NCBI RefSeq assembly: GCF_006345805.1
Contig: NC_043006.1
Span: 63,116,001 to 63,180,000 of the forward strand
Source: Octopus sinensis
Lineage: Eukaryota
Direction: 5' to 3'
DNA length: 64,000 bases
The notes beneath the pieces were generated by a model. That model saw nothing but the letters and a program-made list of their open reading frames with translations, searched no databases and was not told where the DNA came from. The position numbers and the translations under genes were made by a program. Below, one piece after another: positions 1 through 11,380 of this stretch; positions within the stretch are counted from its first letter, which is position 1; the number at the start of each line of letters is the position of its first letter.

Positions 1-329
1 CCTAGGACTCCAAACCTGCCATCAAGATGTAGGACAAGATTCTGTGATAGCCTGGGCTTCCGAGGCCCACAGCTCTTCAATATCCTCCCGAAGAACCTGA
101 GAGACCTGCATGGGGTGGATACAGATGTCTTTAAAATGAAGCTGGATCTCTTCCTGTCAGGTGTCCCAGATGAACCAACTTCACGGCAGGAGGGGCAGAT
201 GAGGGCAGCTGCATCGAACTCTCTCATGCACCAAATAGCAGTTGCTAGAAAGCCTCCATGAAGTGAAACCAAGTAGCAACACCAAATGGCGGTGCTCCAA
301 CATGGCCACAGCTCATAAGCTGAAACTAG

Positions 330-361
<32 letters not shown>
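1..361 (+). mobile_element. 3' end of CR1/L2-group LINE (ORF2 C-terminus, 3'UTR, (ATCA)n tail)
   Basis: Frame +1 from 1 to stop at 259-261 reads ...CDSLGFRGPQLFNILPKNLRDLHGVDTDVFKMKLDLFLSGVPDEPT...AASNSLMHQ, matching the CR1-group C-terminal pattern GPxLFNxLP..FKxxLDxFL..VPDEP..SNSL; short UTR then (ATCA)n at 331-361. Confidence 0.85.
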
Positions 362-363
<2 letters not shown>

Positions 364-958
364 GCCGTAAACATAAAGGTATTTACGCACGAAAAAACTG
401 AAATACACTGAACTCAGTTTTTAGACAGATGTGGCAAAACTGAAATTAAACATAGTGGGCGAAAAAAATTTTAAATAACTAAATTATTTTTCAGGTAAAA
501 CGTACAAAAACCGTAAGAACAGAGATATTTACGCCCGACTACTTGAAATACAGAATTTAGTAAGTGTGTGAGTTAAAGAGAGGTAGAGTGAGAGAGAGAG
601 AGAGAGAGTGAAAGAAACTGATATAGAGAAGAACTATTACACCGGGTTGGGAAGAATATGTGTAAGCAAAAGAAACAGTGAATGAGAAAAAGAGAGAGAA
701 GAGAGAAAAGGGAGACAATCGGTTGAAAACTGCAGAATTTTTTTAGAGAAAAGCCGTGTAAAACACCGGTTATTCCGTTTTCACTCTTTACGCTGGAGCT
801 CTGGGCAAATGTTATCGTGTATGACCATCCTTGGCATATAAGTAATGTGCGTGTAAAGTTTGGTGAAAATCGGTTGAAAACTGTAGAAATGCATGCGTAC
901 TACACACACATACGCTCAATCACACACGCACACACATCCTTTGTTTTATATACAAAGA
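362..958 (-). mobile_element. Non-autonomous Helitron-like (Lep1/HINE-type) element, 5' portion
   Basis: Minus strand starts TCTTTGTATATAAAACAAAGG, then a TG-rich tract, then ttctacagttttcaaccgattttcaccaaactttacac, resembling Lep1-type 5' ends; left boundary uncertain (abuts LINE tail). Confidence 0.5.
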
Positions 959-1000
959 CTAACGGGACCCGTGAATATTCCACGGAATTAATGGTAAACA
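959..1000 (-). mobile_element. Helitron-like 3' terminus (hairpin plus TTAG)
   Basis: Hairpin ccgtg(969-973)/cacgg(981-985); on minus strand it is followed by gtcccgTTAG, a CTAG-like end; upstream extent not determined. Confidence 0.45.
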
Positions 1001-1659
1001 TTATTTATATACTTTAAACACAATTTTATAGACTTAGTACACAATACTCATAAAATAAATATTCACACTTATTATCCATTTTTTCCATGTGCAAAAAGTA
1101 ACCCGTACATATGATACAACCTTTAGGGAAATTTGAAATAACATATATCTCCCACATAAATAAGCGAATATTTAACGGAATTGTACTAATGCACATGCGT
1201 TAAGTGATAGGCGATATAAAAATAAAACTTAGTTATATTAAAAAAAGTATACACATTTCACTATCCAATCACCACCGCCATCTCCGACACCACCACCACC
1301 ACCATCATCATCTCTCTCTCTCCCCTTTTCTGCCTTTCTGTAACTTCACCATCAGAACACTCCTCTGCTTAAATTATTACCTTCCCCCTACTTCACGTCA
1401 TGGACGCTTTTCTCTCCCTCATTTTTCTCTCTTTTTTCTCCCTCTTTCTGTCTCATTCTTGCCTTATCCTCTTTCTCTCTGTCTTTTTCCTTCTCATCTT
1501 TTTCCCTTCAAGTAATCACGTGAAAGCGTTACAATTAAATTCCCTCTACCTCATGTCCACCTCTTTCTCTGCCACCCTCCTTTTTTGCCCTATCTTTTCT
1601 TTCTCCTCCTTATTATCTAATCATATGAAAGCGTTACCGACAGGCTAAGTAACGCAATG

Positions 1660-1800
1660 ACAAGCAGAATTTGCCATCGACTTTGCCTTTCAATATTCAG
1701 GGTCGATAAATTAAGTACCAGTAAAACACTGGTGTCGATGTAATCAACTAGTCTCCTCCCCCAAATTTCAGGCTTTATGCCAATAATAGAAAGGATTATT
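1660..1800 (+). mobile_element. Partial SINE (family with gtcgactttgcctttcatcc..gtcgataaattaagtaccag core, Meta-type as recalled)
   Basis: tcgactttgcctttcaatattcagggtcgataaattaagtaccagt...ggtgtcgatgtaatc homologous to 8690-9090; (ATT)n tail. Confidence 0.8.
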
Positions 1801-1804
1801 ATCA

Positions 1805-2225
1805 TTATTATTAAAGATGTTGCACAGTATTCAATATTGGATAGTATCTACTGGTGGATTGTATTGTCCGTTAAGTCGCAACAAGGACCTCAGGCAGACA
1901 GTACTTTACGCAATATGCATGCAGTTTACCAAGATTGTGGGGAATTTCTTCAGGTTGGGTGGTATTGAACCCAAAGCTCCGATGACAACTGGGACAACCT
2001 TTATATTTGACTATCATAGCTGCCACATTTTGTCGATCTCAATTCTCAGGTTTCCAAATTTGTCAACCTTTTCTTTTTCTTCCATGATAACAATATTGAT
2101 CCCTGGCGCAGTCACTCTTGTTTGTCCCCTTCTAAAGTTAATTGTATCCAGCTTTCGTTGCTCTAACACCTTGTCTATCAGGAAGGCAAAACCCCAGAGG
2201 ATCATTGCATTCTTGTTTTCATCCT
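1805..2225 (-). mobile_element. Dong/R4-clade non-LTR retrotransposon, decayed 3' end (RLE domain)
   Basis: Minus-strand ILWGFAFLIDKVLEQRKLD..APGINIVIMEEKEKVDKFGNLRIEIDKMWQL..IKVVPVVIGALGSIPPNLKK..HILRKVLS, then (TAA)n tail; stops and frameshifts. Confidence 0.8.
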
Positions 2226-2385
2226 AGCTGTAGCGACACTACTGCGAAATTGGAGTCGTTGAGAGGCATCCCGCGCGAGCTAGGACATGAGAGGATCGCG
2301 TCGGCATACACAGACGACGTCACCGTCATATTGCCGAACACCAGACATACAGACTTGATCGGCATTACAAGGAGTGCATTGCATT
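2225..2385 (+). mobile_element. Tx1/L1-like reverse transcriptase fragment
   Basis: KLESLRGIPRELGHERIASAYTDDVTVIL contains a YxDD-type motif (AYTDD vs AYADD). Confidence 0.65.
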
Positions 2386-2472
2386 ACATGAATAATATTT
2401 CCAGGATTATTATAAAAACATAACAAACGGAAAATGTGACAAAACCATAACACACGGAAAATTCGTAGCTAA

Positions 2473-2473
2473 T

Positions 2474-2546
<73 letters not shown>

Positions 2547-2551
2547 CAGAC

Positions 2552-2644
<93 letters not shown>

Positions 2645-2650
2645 TAGATA
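2473..2650. repeat. (GATA)n/(GACA)n microsatellite
   Basis: Direct reading; source of the IYLS ORF. Confidence 0.98.
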
Positions 2651-3154
2651 TAAAATCGGAACTTTTGATGTAACCATGACGTTCCGGTGATCTATATTTG
2701 CATTAATTTGAGATTATAAAATTGTATTGTATAATTTTGAGCAAGCATATTAATGTAAACATGTTCGCATAATTTGTTCTATTTTGAAATTCAAACTACA
2801 TGAAGAAGGCTGTAACCCTCTGGATGTCTCATGCTTAAATAAATCTACAGTCACCTCTCATACCCCCTAACTTTATGCAATTATAGACGCCACACGAATT
2901 AATTTTAACGCTAGGAATTTCTGAATTTTCAGTTAAATCAACAATGTGCATTACTCTACTTTGCAATTAATTGTTATATTGACTGATAGCCCAGTCTGTA
3001 TATATATATATATATAGTATAGTATAGTATAGTATAGTATAGTATAGGACAAACAGTAAGTTGTCATGATGGAACTCAGAGTTTCAAATTATATATAAAT
3101 TCCTCTATTTTAATAATATCGAGGTATCGTTCTTTTGTTGTCGTTTTATTATTA

Positions 3155-3450
<296 letters not shown>

Positions 3451-4849
3451 ACGCTCACAGTACATACGTCCTTGTCATTCTCCATTTTCTTCTCTTCCCG
3501 TCCTCTCCTTTTCCTCATTTTATTCATACATTTAGCTGTACACTATCTTACTTCCTTTTTACGCTTCATATTTCTTCCGTCTTTATTACTTTTTGTAATC
3601 TCGCCGCCTTTCTTAATCCCTTGCAGTACTTTTCTCCTGTCTTTTTTTCATCATTAATTCTCTCCTATTCTCATCACCGCTTACTTCTCTCTTATTCCAT
3701 ATTATCTTCTCATTTTGTCTCCTTTCTCTCTTTTTCGCTTTCACTCTTTCTAGCTCTCGCTTTCTCTTTCACTTTCTCATTCACTGAGCGCAACAATTGT
3801 TTGCTATCCATTCTTTTCCTTCTATGTTGTTAGAATTATGTTTCTTCTGCGCTATCTTCATTTCACTCTCTGCATCTCCCGCCCCCGAACTCCTGCATCG
3901 TCTCTCGTTCTCTGTATACGTACTTGCGTTCAAACTACATATGGCGGTTGGTGAACGTATGAGTGGGAATAATGAACGACATCTAAGGTTTCATATAAGC
4001 AGCTTTAATAAGAATCCTACCTATTCTTATTGAAACTCTGTGATTACTCTTTCATTTCTTATCTGTCAAGAAATGTTGCAAATGATCTCAGATAGTTTTG
4101 AGGATTTATTTCGAAAATCTGAGTGGAATTTCGTAAATATATAAACACATAATAAAACTTGGTTTTGTTTTTATTTTAAACATTGAAAAATTTAATGTTT
4201 ATCTCTAACAGTATATTAAAATGTTTTACTGTTTGTTATTATAACACCTATATAAATACGAGTTAAAGAGGGAGCTTGTTTGGTTTTGCTAGATGTTCTA
4301 AAAATACCAGCTAAATAAATCCTTTTTAAACAAAGCCGTACGAACTGAAATATCTTATACGTTATGTGATAGACTACAAAGTTCTCTAGGATAGGAAAAG
4401 ATTGTAATGCCTTTAAAGTGAGCTCTAACTATGGCAATCCTGTCTTATATTTTCAGACACAATGTACCTAGTACTACATGATCTAATGTATTGCTTCTCT
4501 TAAAAAAAGTAGTGCATGATAGGAGAATTTGACTGCTATTTGTAGTAGGTCTATTTGTAGTAGGTTGGTTATATCTATGGAAGGTTGAAACTGCGTCAAC
4601 TATTTAGATTGAGACCCATACTGCACACATATATATGTAATTCAAAATATGTACAACAATAAGCCACAAAATAAATGTTTATTTTTCAAAATGGAACACA
4701 ACAGTAAGATGGAAAATAATGTTTATTTTGTGAATTACCATTTTATATAAGTGGATGGGATAAAGTGGATAATTTCTGATTTCTTCTTTTTTTTTTTTTT
4801 TACTTGTCTGAAACAACTATATTCCAAATACTGCAACATGATTTCGTAC

Positions 4850-5330
4850 TGTTGCGATATCTTTGGAAGTAAAAATTAACATAGTTTTTGTTGAGAGTTA
4901 AAAACATGGTCGAGTGATATAATTGTTTTTTTGTTTTTTTTAAGTCAAGAAATTTTTCGTTAAATTTGATCCGATTGTAATCAATTTCGAGGTTGCTAAT
5001 AAAAATGTCTGGATAATTTTTGGTAACACTCAAAATTCTTTTCTCTGTGGGATTCAAAGTCAAGTTTTTCCCACATTAACGTCCAATTTGATAGTCTTCA
5101 ATTTTCAAATAACTGATGTCTAAGATGGGGCGAAATGTGTAATGACTAATTTAATTAATTTCCTTTTTCTTTAAGTGAATGGTAAGTACATATTTCAGGA
5201 AGTCAGACCTTCCAGCGGATCTTGAAGGAGCTTTAGAGAATATCTTATTTTGAGTTTATAGATGTAGTCGACTTTCCTTAATTCCACTTCATGTACCACA
5301 TCTCATGATCCTCTTTTGTTGCATTTCTGT
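4850..5330 (-). mobile_element. Highly decayed CR1-like RT fragment
   Basis: Minus-strand FRPI..TSVI.K then LNPT...FLDLKK...YH, in the order of the CR1 YRPISLTS..K / LNP.QHGF / YLDF.KAFD.V.H motifs; very degenerate. Confidence 0.4.
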
Positions 5331-5490
5331 TTTTTTCTAATGTCTAAGGAGATAATGATGTATATGAGCTTTTTTGTTTTGTTTCAAATGTAATTCTAGA
5401 GAATTGAAGAGGCAAATTTTATCTTATTTTCTGTTACTCATTTTGAGCCACCTAAATTTGTCGTTTGTAAGCTCAAAGAGAACGGCGATA

Positions 5491-5687
5491 CGAGGAAGTT
5501 CCTGGCTTTGGATAAAAGAAAAGACAGGAGCATCAGATAATTTTATTCAGCATGTCCCCTCTCAGATTCACACACATATTACGGTCCATCAGCTTTTCTA
5601 AGCACTGCAAAAGAACTCAGAAGGTTGGGCTTCCAAGCAGGCCTTTCGCGTCACCCTTAAAGCCAGGAACTTTTCAGAAACCCCGTC
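5491..5687. mobile_element. Mariner-derived MITE
   Basis: TA-flanked; perfect inverted arms aagttcctggcttt (5496-5509) / aaagccaggaactt (5659-5672); TAcgagg start like the other mariner TIRs here. Confidence 0.7.
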
Positions 5688-6534
5688 TAAATTTTCTGGC
5701 ATATATATTTTCTGAATATATATTATAGTGCCTTAATGCACTTAAAGAAGGTCATTTGCTTCGCTGATGCAGTTTTTGTAAGGTAGTGAATAATTGTAAC
5801 TTATTTCCTCAAATTGAAAATGCAGTAAATATTACTCATTGTACCCCACCCAACCCCTATATTTGAAAAAAGTTTTCTATTTCTTTAACTGCAAAGTATT
5901 TGATCACATCCTCAAAATTAATCTTACGTAACACATCTACTTCTAAACTTAGTAGTGATAAGGCATCCCAAATAATATTTTAGCAAGTTTAAATTGATTT
6001 CATTTGAGCCGTAAACCACTGACCATTTTTGTGGTGCACCCCCCCCCCACTTCCGCTGATGACCTGCCTATTTTGCTTAGCACTTGCTTATTTTACTTCG
6101 TGGTAAATCCAGCCCTTCAACTGTTTAAACTTTCACAATCGGAAAGCAATCATTAATAGAGAGTTCAATCGATTGACTTCTGTTAAAAGGTACGGTAGAA
6201 ATGATATTTTGTCCTTCACAAATAAAACGCATTATAAGCGAAAGTGAAACGAAGCGAACACGAATTTGAATAAGGATTCCGAACAATGATTTACGCAAGC
6301 AATGTAGTTATTGTTTGATTTATAAATAATTTACTTATTGAAAAGTGATAAAACTGTTCAGTCCGAATTAAATACTTTGCAATTATCGCTTGCGTCCCTA
6401 TATGTTTCGTTTTCAAATCCGACAGTAAACAACTGCCAGTAATATACTGGGGCTGATTCAATTTATATCATTCCATTCAAAACTACATTGCTTTCTTCTA
6501 AACTTAAAAATCAGTTTTACAATTCATGCATGTA

Positions 6535-6803
6535 TACGTGTGTGTGTGTATGTCTGGTGTGTGTGTGTGTGTGTGTTTGTCTCTGTGTGTGTTTGCCTCT
6601 GTGTGTGTTTGTCTGTGTGTGTGTGTTTGTCTCTGTGTGTGTGTGTGTGTGTGTTTGTCTCTGTGTGTGTTTGCCTCTGTGTGTATGTCTGGTGTGTGTG
6701 TGTGTTTGTCTCTGTGTGTGTTTGCCTCTGTGTGTGTGTCTGGTGTGTGTGTGTGTGTTTGTCTCTGTGTGTGTTTGCCTCTGTGTGTGTTTGTCTGTGT
6801 GTG

Positions 6804-6845
<42 letters not shown>

Positions 6846-7089
6846 TCTCTGTGTGTGTGTTTGCCTCTGTGTGTGTGTGTGTATGTCTGGCGTGTGTGTG
6901 TGTTTGTCTCTGTGTGTGTTTGCCTCTGTGTGTGTTTGTCTGTGTGTGTGTTTGTCTCTGTGTGTGTGGTGTGTGTGTGTGTGTTTGTCTCTGTGTGTGT
7001 TTGCCTCTGTGTGTATGTCTGGTGTGTGTGTGTGTTTGTCTCTGTGTGTGTTTGCCTCTGTGTGTGTTTGTCTGTGTGTGTGTGTTTGT

Positions 7090-7134
<45 letters not shown>

Positions 7135-7142
7135 TGTGCGTG
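6535..7142. repeat. Complex (TG)n satellite with recurring tttgtctctg / tttgcctctg / atgtctgg interruptions
   Basis: Direct reading; explains the CV/HT-rich ORFs at 6488-7345. Confidence 0.97.
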
Positions 7143-7378
7143 TGTTGTACTTTCACCACAGCTTGCCCATGCCGATCAGCCATTTGATCAAAGGTATTCC
7201 AGTGGTAACCTGGTTGGATTATTTTCCTTACGTGCGGGGAACTCAGGAGAGCATAATCTAATGTCTTGAAGGTGTGATTTGAGGACAAGGAAGCAGCTAT
7301 TTCACCACCCGAAGTTATCCCGCAGACGCCCCCTCGATGGTTCAAGGCCTTCGAAGTGTCTGTAGTTGTATATGTGTG

Positions 7379-7739
7379 AGGGCGCGTGGCTTAGTGGTTA
7401 GGGCATTCGGCTCATGATCGTAAGGTTGTGAGTTCGATTCCCGGCGACGCGTTGTGTCCTTCAGCAAGACACTTTATTTCACGTTGCTCCAGTCCACTCA
7501 GCTGGCAAAAATGAGTTGTACTTGTATTTCAAAGGGTCAGCCTTGTCACTCTCTGTGTCACGCTGATTATCCCCGAGAACTACGTTAAGGGTACACGTGT
7601 CTGTGGAATGCTCAGCCATTTGCACGTTAATTTCACGAGCAAGCTGTTCCGTTGATCGTATCAGCTGGGACCCTCGTCGTCGTAACCGGCGGAGTCTTAA
7701 GAAGTTGTATATGTGTTGTAATAGTAGTAGTAGTAGTAA

Positions 7740-7812
<73 letters not shown>
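7379..7812 (+). mobile_element. Full-length tRNA-derived SINE (CORE-like centre) with (GTA)n tail
   Basis: A box tggcttagtgg, B box agttcgattcc, central gtgtccttcagcaagacac..ctccagtccactcagctg, tail ending cgtaaccggcggagtc, (GTA)n about 7720-7812. Confidence 0.88.
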
Positions 7813-7813
<1 letters not shown>

Positions 7814-8154
7814 AGGGTGAGGTGGCTGCGTCGTGGGAATGTTGGTCGTAGTCGTGGTGTGAGTTTATAGAAATTTTAAGTAACTCTGACAGAAGAAAAA
7901 TGTAAACAATTTCTTTTCCCTTTGCCAATTATTTCAGAAATCACCACTTAAGCAAGACAAAATGAGTTGAAATGAAGTTAGAATTTACTGCTGCGATTCA
8001 ATGTAAGGTAAAAAAAAATACGACTATGTTGGACATTACTATTGTATAGTCTACTAAACATCAGAAACAAATTAATCTAAATCAACATGGTATTATTACG
8101 AGGAAAAAAAAACTCTATTCGTTGAAAACAATTTTAAACCAAATACTTTATAGT

Positions 8155-8357
8155 AATGGTTTAAAATTTTGGTACCAGGACAACAAGTTCGGGGGAAGGA
8201 ATAATTTTATCACATCGACCCCAGTGTTCAACAGGTATATGTTTTATTGGCCTCTCAATGATGAAAGACAAAGCAGATCTCGGTAGAATTTTAACTCAAA
8301 ATGCAGAGACGGAAGAAATGTCGGTAACCACTTTTCCCGGCATGCTAACGATTCTTA
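8155..8357 (-). mobile_element. Diverged Meta-type SINE monomer
   Basis: catcgaccccagtg..gatgaaagacaaagcagatctcggtagaattttaactc homologous to 8690-9090. Confidence 0.75.
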
Positions 8358-8689
8358 TAATGGTAGCATTTTCTTTATTCACAACTAAGGTTTCACAAAC
8401 AACATTTAGGACGGTGTAGAACACTCTAAGATCGGGTTACATAAAACGAAGCGTACGAAGCTGTTCTCATTTTGTTAAGAAATAAGAACGACGGTTGTTT
8501 TCGTTGCATTAATGTTTGCGTTGGTAATAGTGGTGATGGTAGAGGTGGCGGTGGTGTTGTGGGTTGTAGTGGAGGTTATGCATGAGCAACACCTTTTTCC
8601 TCCTGTTATATGAAGTACAGTAACGGTAGCGATTTTATCCTTAAAGGCCACACAAACGAGCTCAAGTTGGTGTTACATATTTTAAGTCT

Positions 8690-9090
8690 GTTTCTACTCT
8701 AGGCACAAGCCCTTGAAAATTTTGGGGGAAGGGGATATAGTCGATTACATCGACCCCAGTGTGGAACTGGTACTTATTTCATCAACCCCGAAAGGATACA
8801 AAGCAAAGTCGATCTCGGCGGAATTTGAACTCAGAACGTAGTGGCATACGGAATACCTATTTCTTTACTACCCACAAGGGGCTAAACACAGAGGGGACAA
8901 ATGAGGACAGACAAACGGATTAAGTCGATTATATTGACCCCAGTGTGTAACTGGTACTTATTTAATCGATCTCGAAAGGATGAAAGGCAAAGTCGACCTT
9001 TGCGGAATTTGAACTCAGAACGTAACGGCAGACGAAATATCGCTAAACATTTCGCCCGGCGTACTAACGTTTCTGCCAGGCCGCTTCCTT
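8690..9090 (-). mobile_element. Dimeric Meta-type tRNA-derived SINE
   Basis: Two tandem copies of the gagttcaaattcc..gtcgactttgcc..gtaccagtt..ctggggtc core on the minus strand, head ggcagaaacgttagtacgccgggcgaaatg. Confidence 0.9.
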
Positions 9091-9776
9091 AGCTCTATTA
9101 TAATAATAATCAATCGATAATAAACACGCCGTCTCAATCATGCCCACCTCCTCTTGTTTGTGTGGAACGCACATTGTTTGCAGTAATAATGAAGTGTAAC
9201 TTTGGATTCGCCTTATTGTCGATTATGTCGCAGCACATCACCTTATTGATCAGCTGAGTCCAAGTAGCCTACAGCTATATCAAATACAATGGCGCAAATA
9301 TCAGATACCAAGGCTAGATTACAAGCTCTAATTTATTATACAATGAACTGGAATTATATTTTCTATCAAACTCAATATTTAAATTTCAATTCTTCCGGCT
9401 CAATATTTTTTTAAATGCTATTCTGTTATTCAGCCAGTTTTGTTGTTTTGAAAGTGCTACAGCGGTTTAAGTTTTATCACAGACATAGCATTTGAAATTT
9501 AATTCCTCTAGTTCAATATTTTCAAAAAATAATACTTTTATTTTGGTAGCTTTGGTTGTGCTACAACTGCTGCAGGGGTTTGAATTGAAAATTTAAATGT
9601 AACACTAATTATTCCATGACAAACATAAAGTTTCTAATTACGAGTAATAAAAGTTATTTTGCCTCTCTATCTTAATTATATTAACACCCTTTTATGTTCT
9701 CTGTACAGAAGACATCTAGAAAGAACACTCCCATAAACTTCCCCTGGTGAACTAGTCGCCATTAAGGTGCACTAAT

Positions 9777-9810
<34 letters not shown>

Positions 9811-10056
9811 GACGTACACACACATACACACATATTCATACACATATACATGGAAACATACACATACATATTTTATTCCGTCATTCAGACCCCTGAGCCA
9901 CTTTCCGCTTTAATCTCTCTTCCGAACATATAATCCTCATCAGAATATGGGGATACTGATGTAAATATAAACACACACGCACACACCTACACACACACAA
10001 ACACGCACACACGCACACAAACACACACACGCATAAACAAACAAATGTACACACAC
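9777..10056. repeat. (CA)n-rich tracts
   Basis: Direct reading. Confidence 0.9.
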
Positions 10057-10114
10057 AATTCTCTTCATCATTCTGTCCATTGGCCTTCCATCTATAACCG
10101 ATTTCACTTATATC

Positions 10115-10200
10115 CCCTCAACCACTGGCTCTCAGTAATTTATTTTCTGAAAAAACGAAACACTGAAAGGCAAAGTCGACCTTAGCGGAATTTGAACTCT
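10115..10200 (-). mobile_element. Meta-type SINE fragment
   Basis: gaaaggcaaagtcgaccttagcggaatttgaactc. Confidence 0.75.
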
Positions 10201-10219
10201 TAATAAAGTGTCTCCTTCG

Positions 10220-10403
10220 CCCCCTTCCTCTTCAATCTCTCCCACTAATTCAAAACTATTTCGAACTCACAACGTCTCCTTAATCCCTTCCTCTTCAATC
10301 CTTCCCACTAATTCAAAACTATTTCGAACTCACAACGTCTCCTTAATCCCTTCCTCTTCAATCCTTCCCACTAATTCAAAACTATTTCGAGCTCACAACG
10401 TCT
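10220..10403 (+). repeat. Three tandem 63-bp units
   Basis: Unit tcccttcctcttcaatccttcccactaattcaaaactatttcgaactcacaacgtctccttaa; seen as a 21-aa repeat in ORF 10208-10444. Confidence 0.97.
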
Positions 10404-10449
10404 CTGATGAAGGGATATCCATAATATCCCAGAAACAGCTGTAAAACTA
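10398..10449 (+). ncRNA. Minimal type I hammerhead-like motif in probable Penelope pseudo-LTR remnant
   Basis: CTGATGA(10404-10410) a gggatat-ccata-atatccc a GAAA(10432-10435); palindromic helix III ACAGCTGT; GUA site; helix I degraded (acgtct vs aaacta). Confidence 0.7.
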
Positions 10450-10524
10450 TATTTATATCTATTTCTTTAGAAATGCCCGGACAACTCCTCACAGCCTTGG
10501 CTTTGCTATCTCTTTTGTCTATAT

Positions 10525-10572
<48 letters not shown>

Positions 10573-10761
10573 ATATATTAATGCTAATACAATATCCACA
10601 TTAAAATCCTTACTCGTATTACTGTCGAACCAAGAGTTTAACTATGGTCTGTCCATTGCACTTACTTAGCGTTACCTGCCACCCTTAGGATCTTCTAGAT
10701 ACCAATATTTATAAATCTATATATGTGTGTGTGTGTGTGTGTGATAATTAGTCGGCTGTCA

Positions 10762-10824
10762 TAATAAAACTCAGAGTTTCGGATGTCGGGGCGGAAGCCT
10801 GCTCCGGCATATCGTCAGTTATTA
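10762..10824 (-). ncRNA. Minimal type I hammerhead-like motif
   Basis: Minus strand: taataa CTGACGA t atgccggagcaggcttccgccccgacat cc GAAA ctctgag TT ttatta; 6-bp helix I; long imperfect helix II. Confidence 0.7.
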
Positions 10825-11224
10825 AGTGCACAAAACAAAAGTGCACAAAAATAACTGTTAAATAAAGGGAAATTACCCGAATAGGGAGAAACTGAAAATA
10901 CTCGAAGGTAAACCCACGCTCATAGAATCCGCGCATGCGCGCATGTACATACACCTGTAAGTGATATTCCATAAATTCAATAGAAAAGTAGAAGCTAATC
11001 AATAAGCAAATCGCAGAAGTGCGACGACGAAACTTTTGGTATCTCAAAGGAATAAAATATAAATATAATATATTTTTTATTCTTCAATGGTTAAAATTCA
11101 TATACATATACACACATATCATACATGTATGTGTACGTATGTAGGTATGCACGTATCACTTAGCGATGTTCCCAATAGTAAAATACTTTCAAATTAAGAA
11201 AGTTCAAGAGAACACCTTTATATT

Positions 11225-11380
11225 AGTTTCAAATTTTGGCATAAGACCAGCAATTTGGGATACACATTTAATCGACCCCGAAAGGATCAAAAGCAAAGTC
11301 GATCGCGACGAAATTTGAAGTCAGAATTTGAAGACGGCCGAAATACTGCTAAGCCTTTTGTCCAACGTGCTGCCTTGGAA
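11225..11380 (-). mobile_element. Diverged Meta-type SINE monomer
   Basis: atcgaccccgaaaggatcaaaagcaaagtcgatcgcgacgaaatttgaagtcagaa. Confidence 0.8.

Noticed and set aside
6488-7345. Long Cys/Val- and His/Thr-rich ORFs (up to 273 aa)
   Set aside because: Translations of the (TG)n satellite, open in several frames; not metallothionein- or keratin-like genes
7379-7450. tRNA gene (also 30560-30640, 59100-59175, 61710-61780)
   Set aside because: A and B boxes continue into SINE bodies; no complete cloverleaf or acceptor stem
9905-9950. Minus-strand CTGATGA followed by GGAA
   Set aside because: No palindromic helix III or helix I pairing
10220-10403. CRISPR-like array
   Set aside because: Contiguous tandem units with no unique spacers, no cas genes, eukaryotic context
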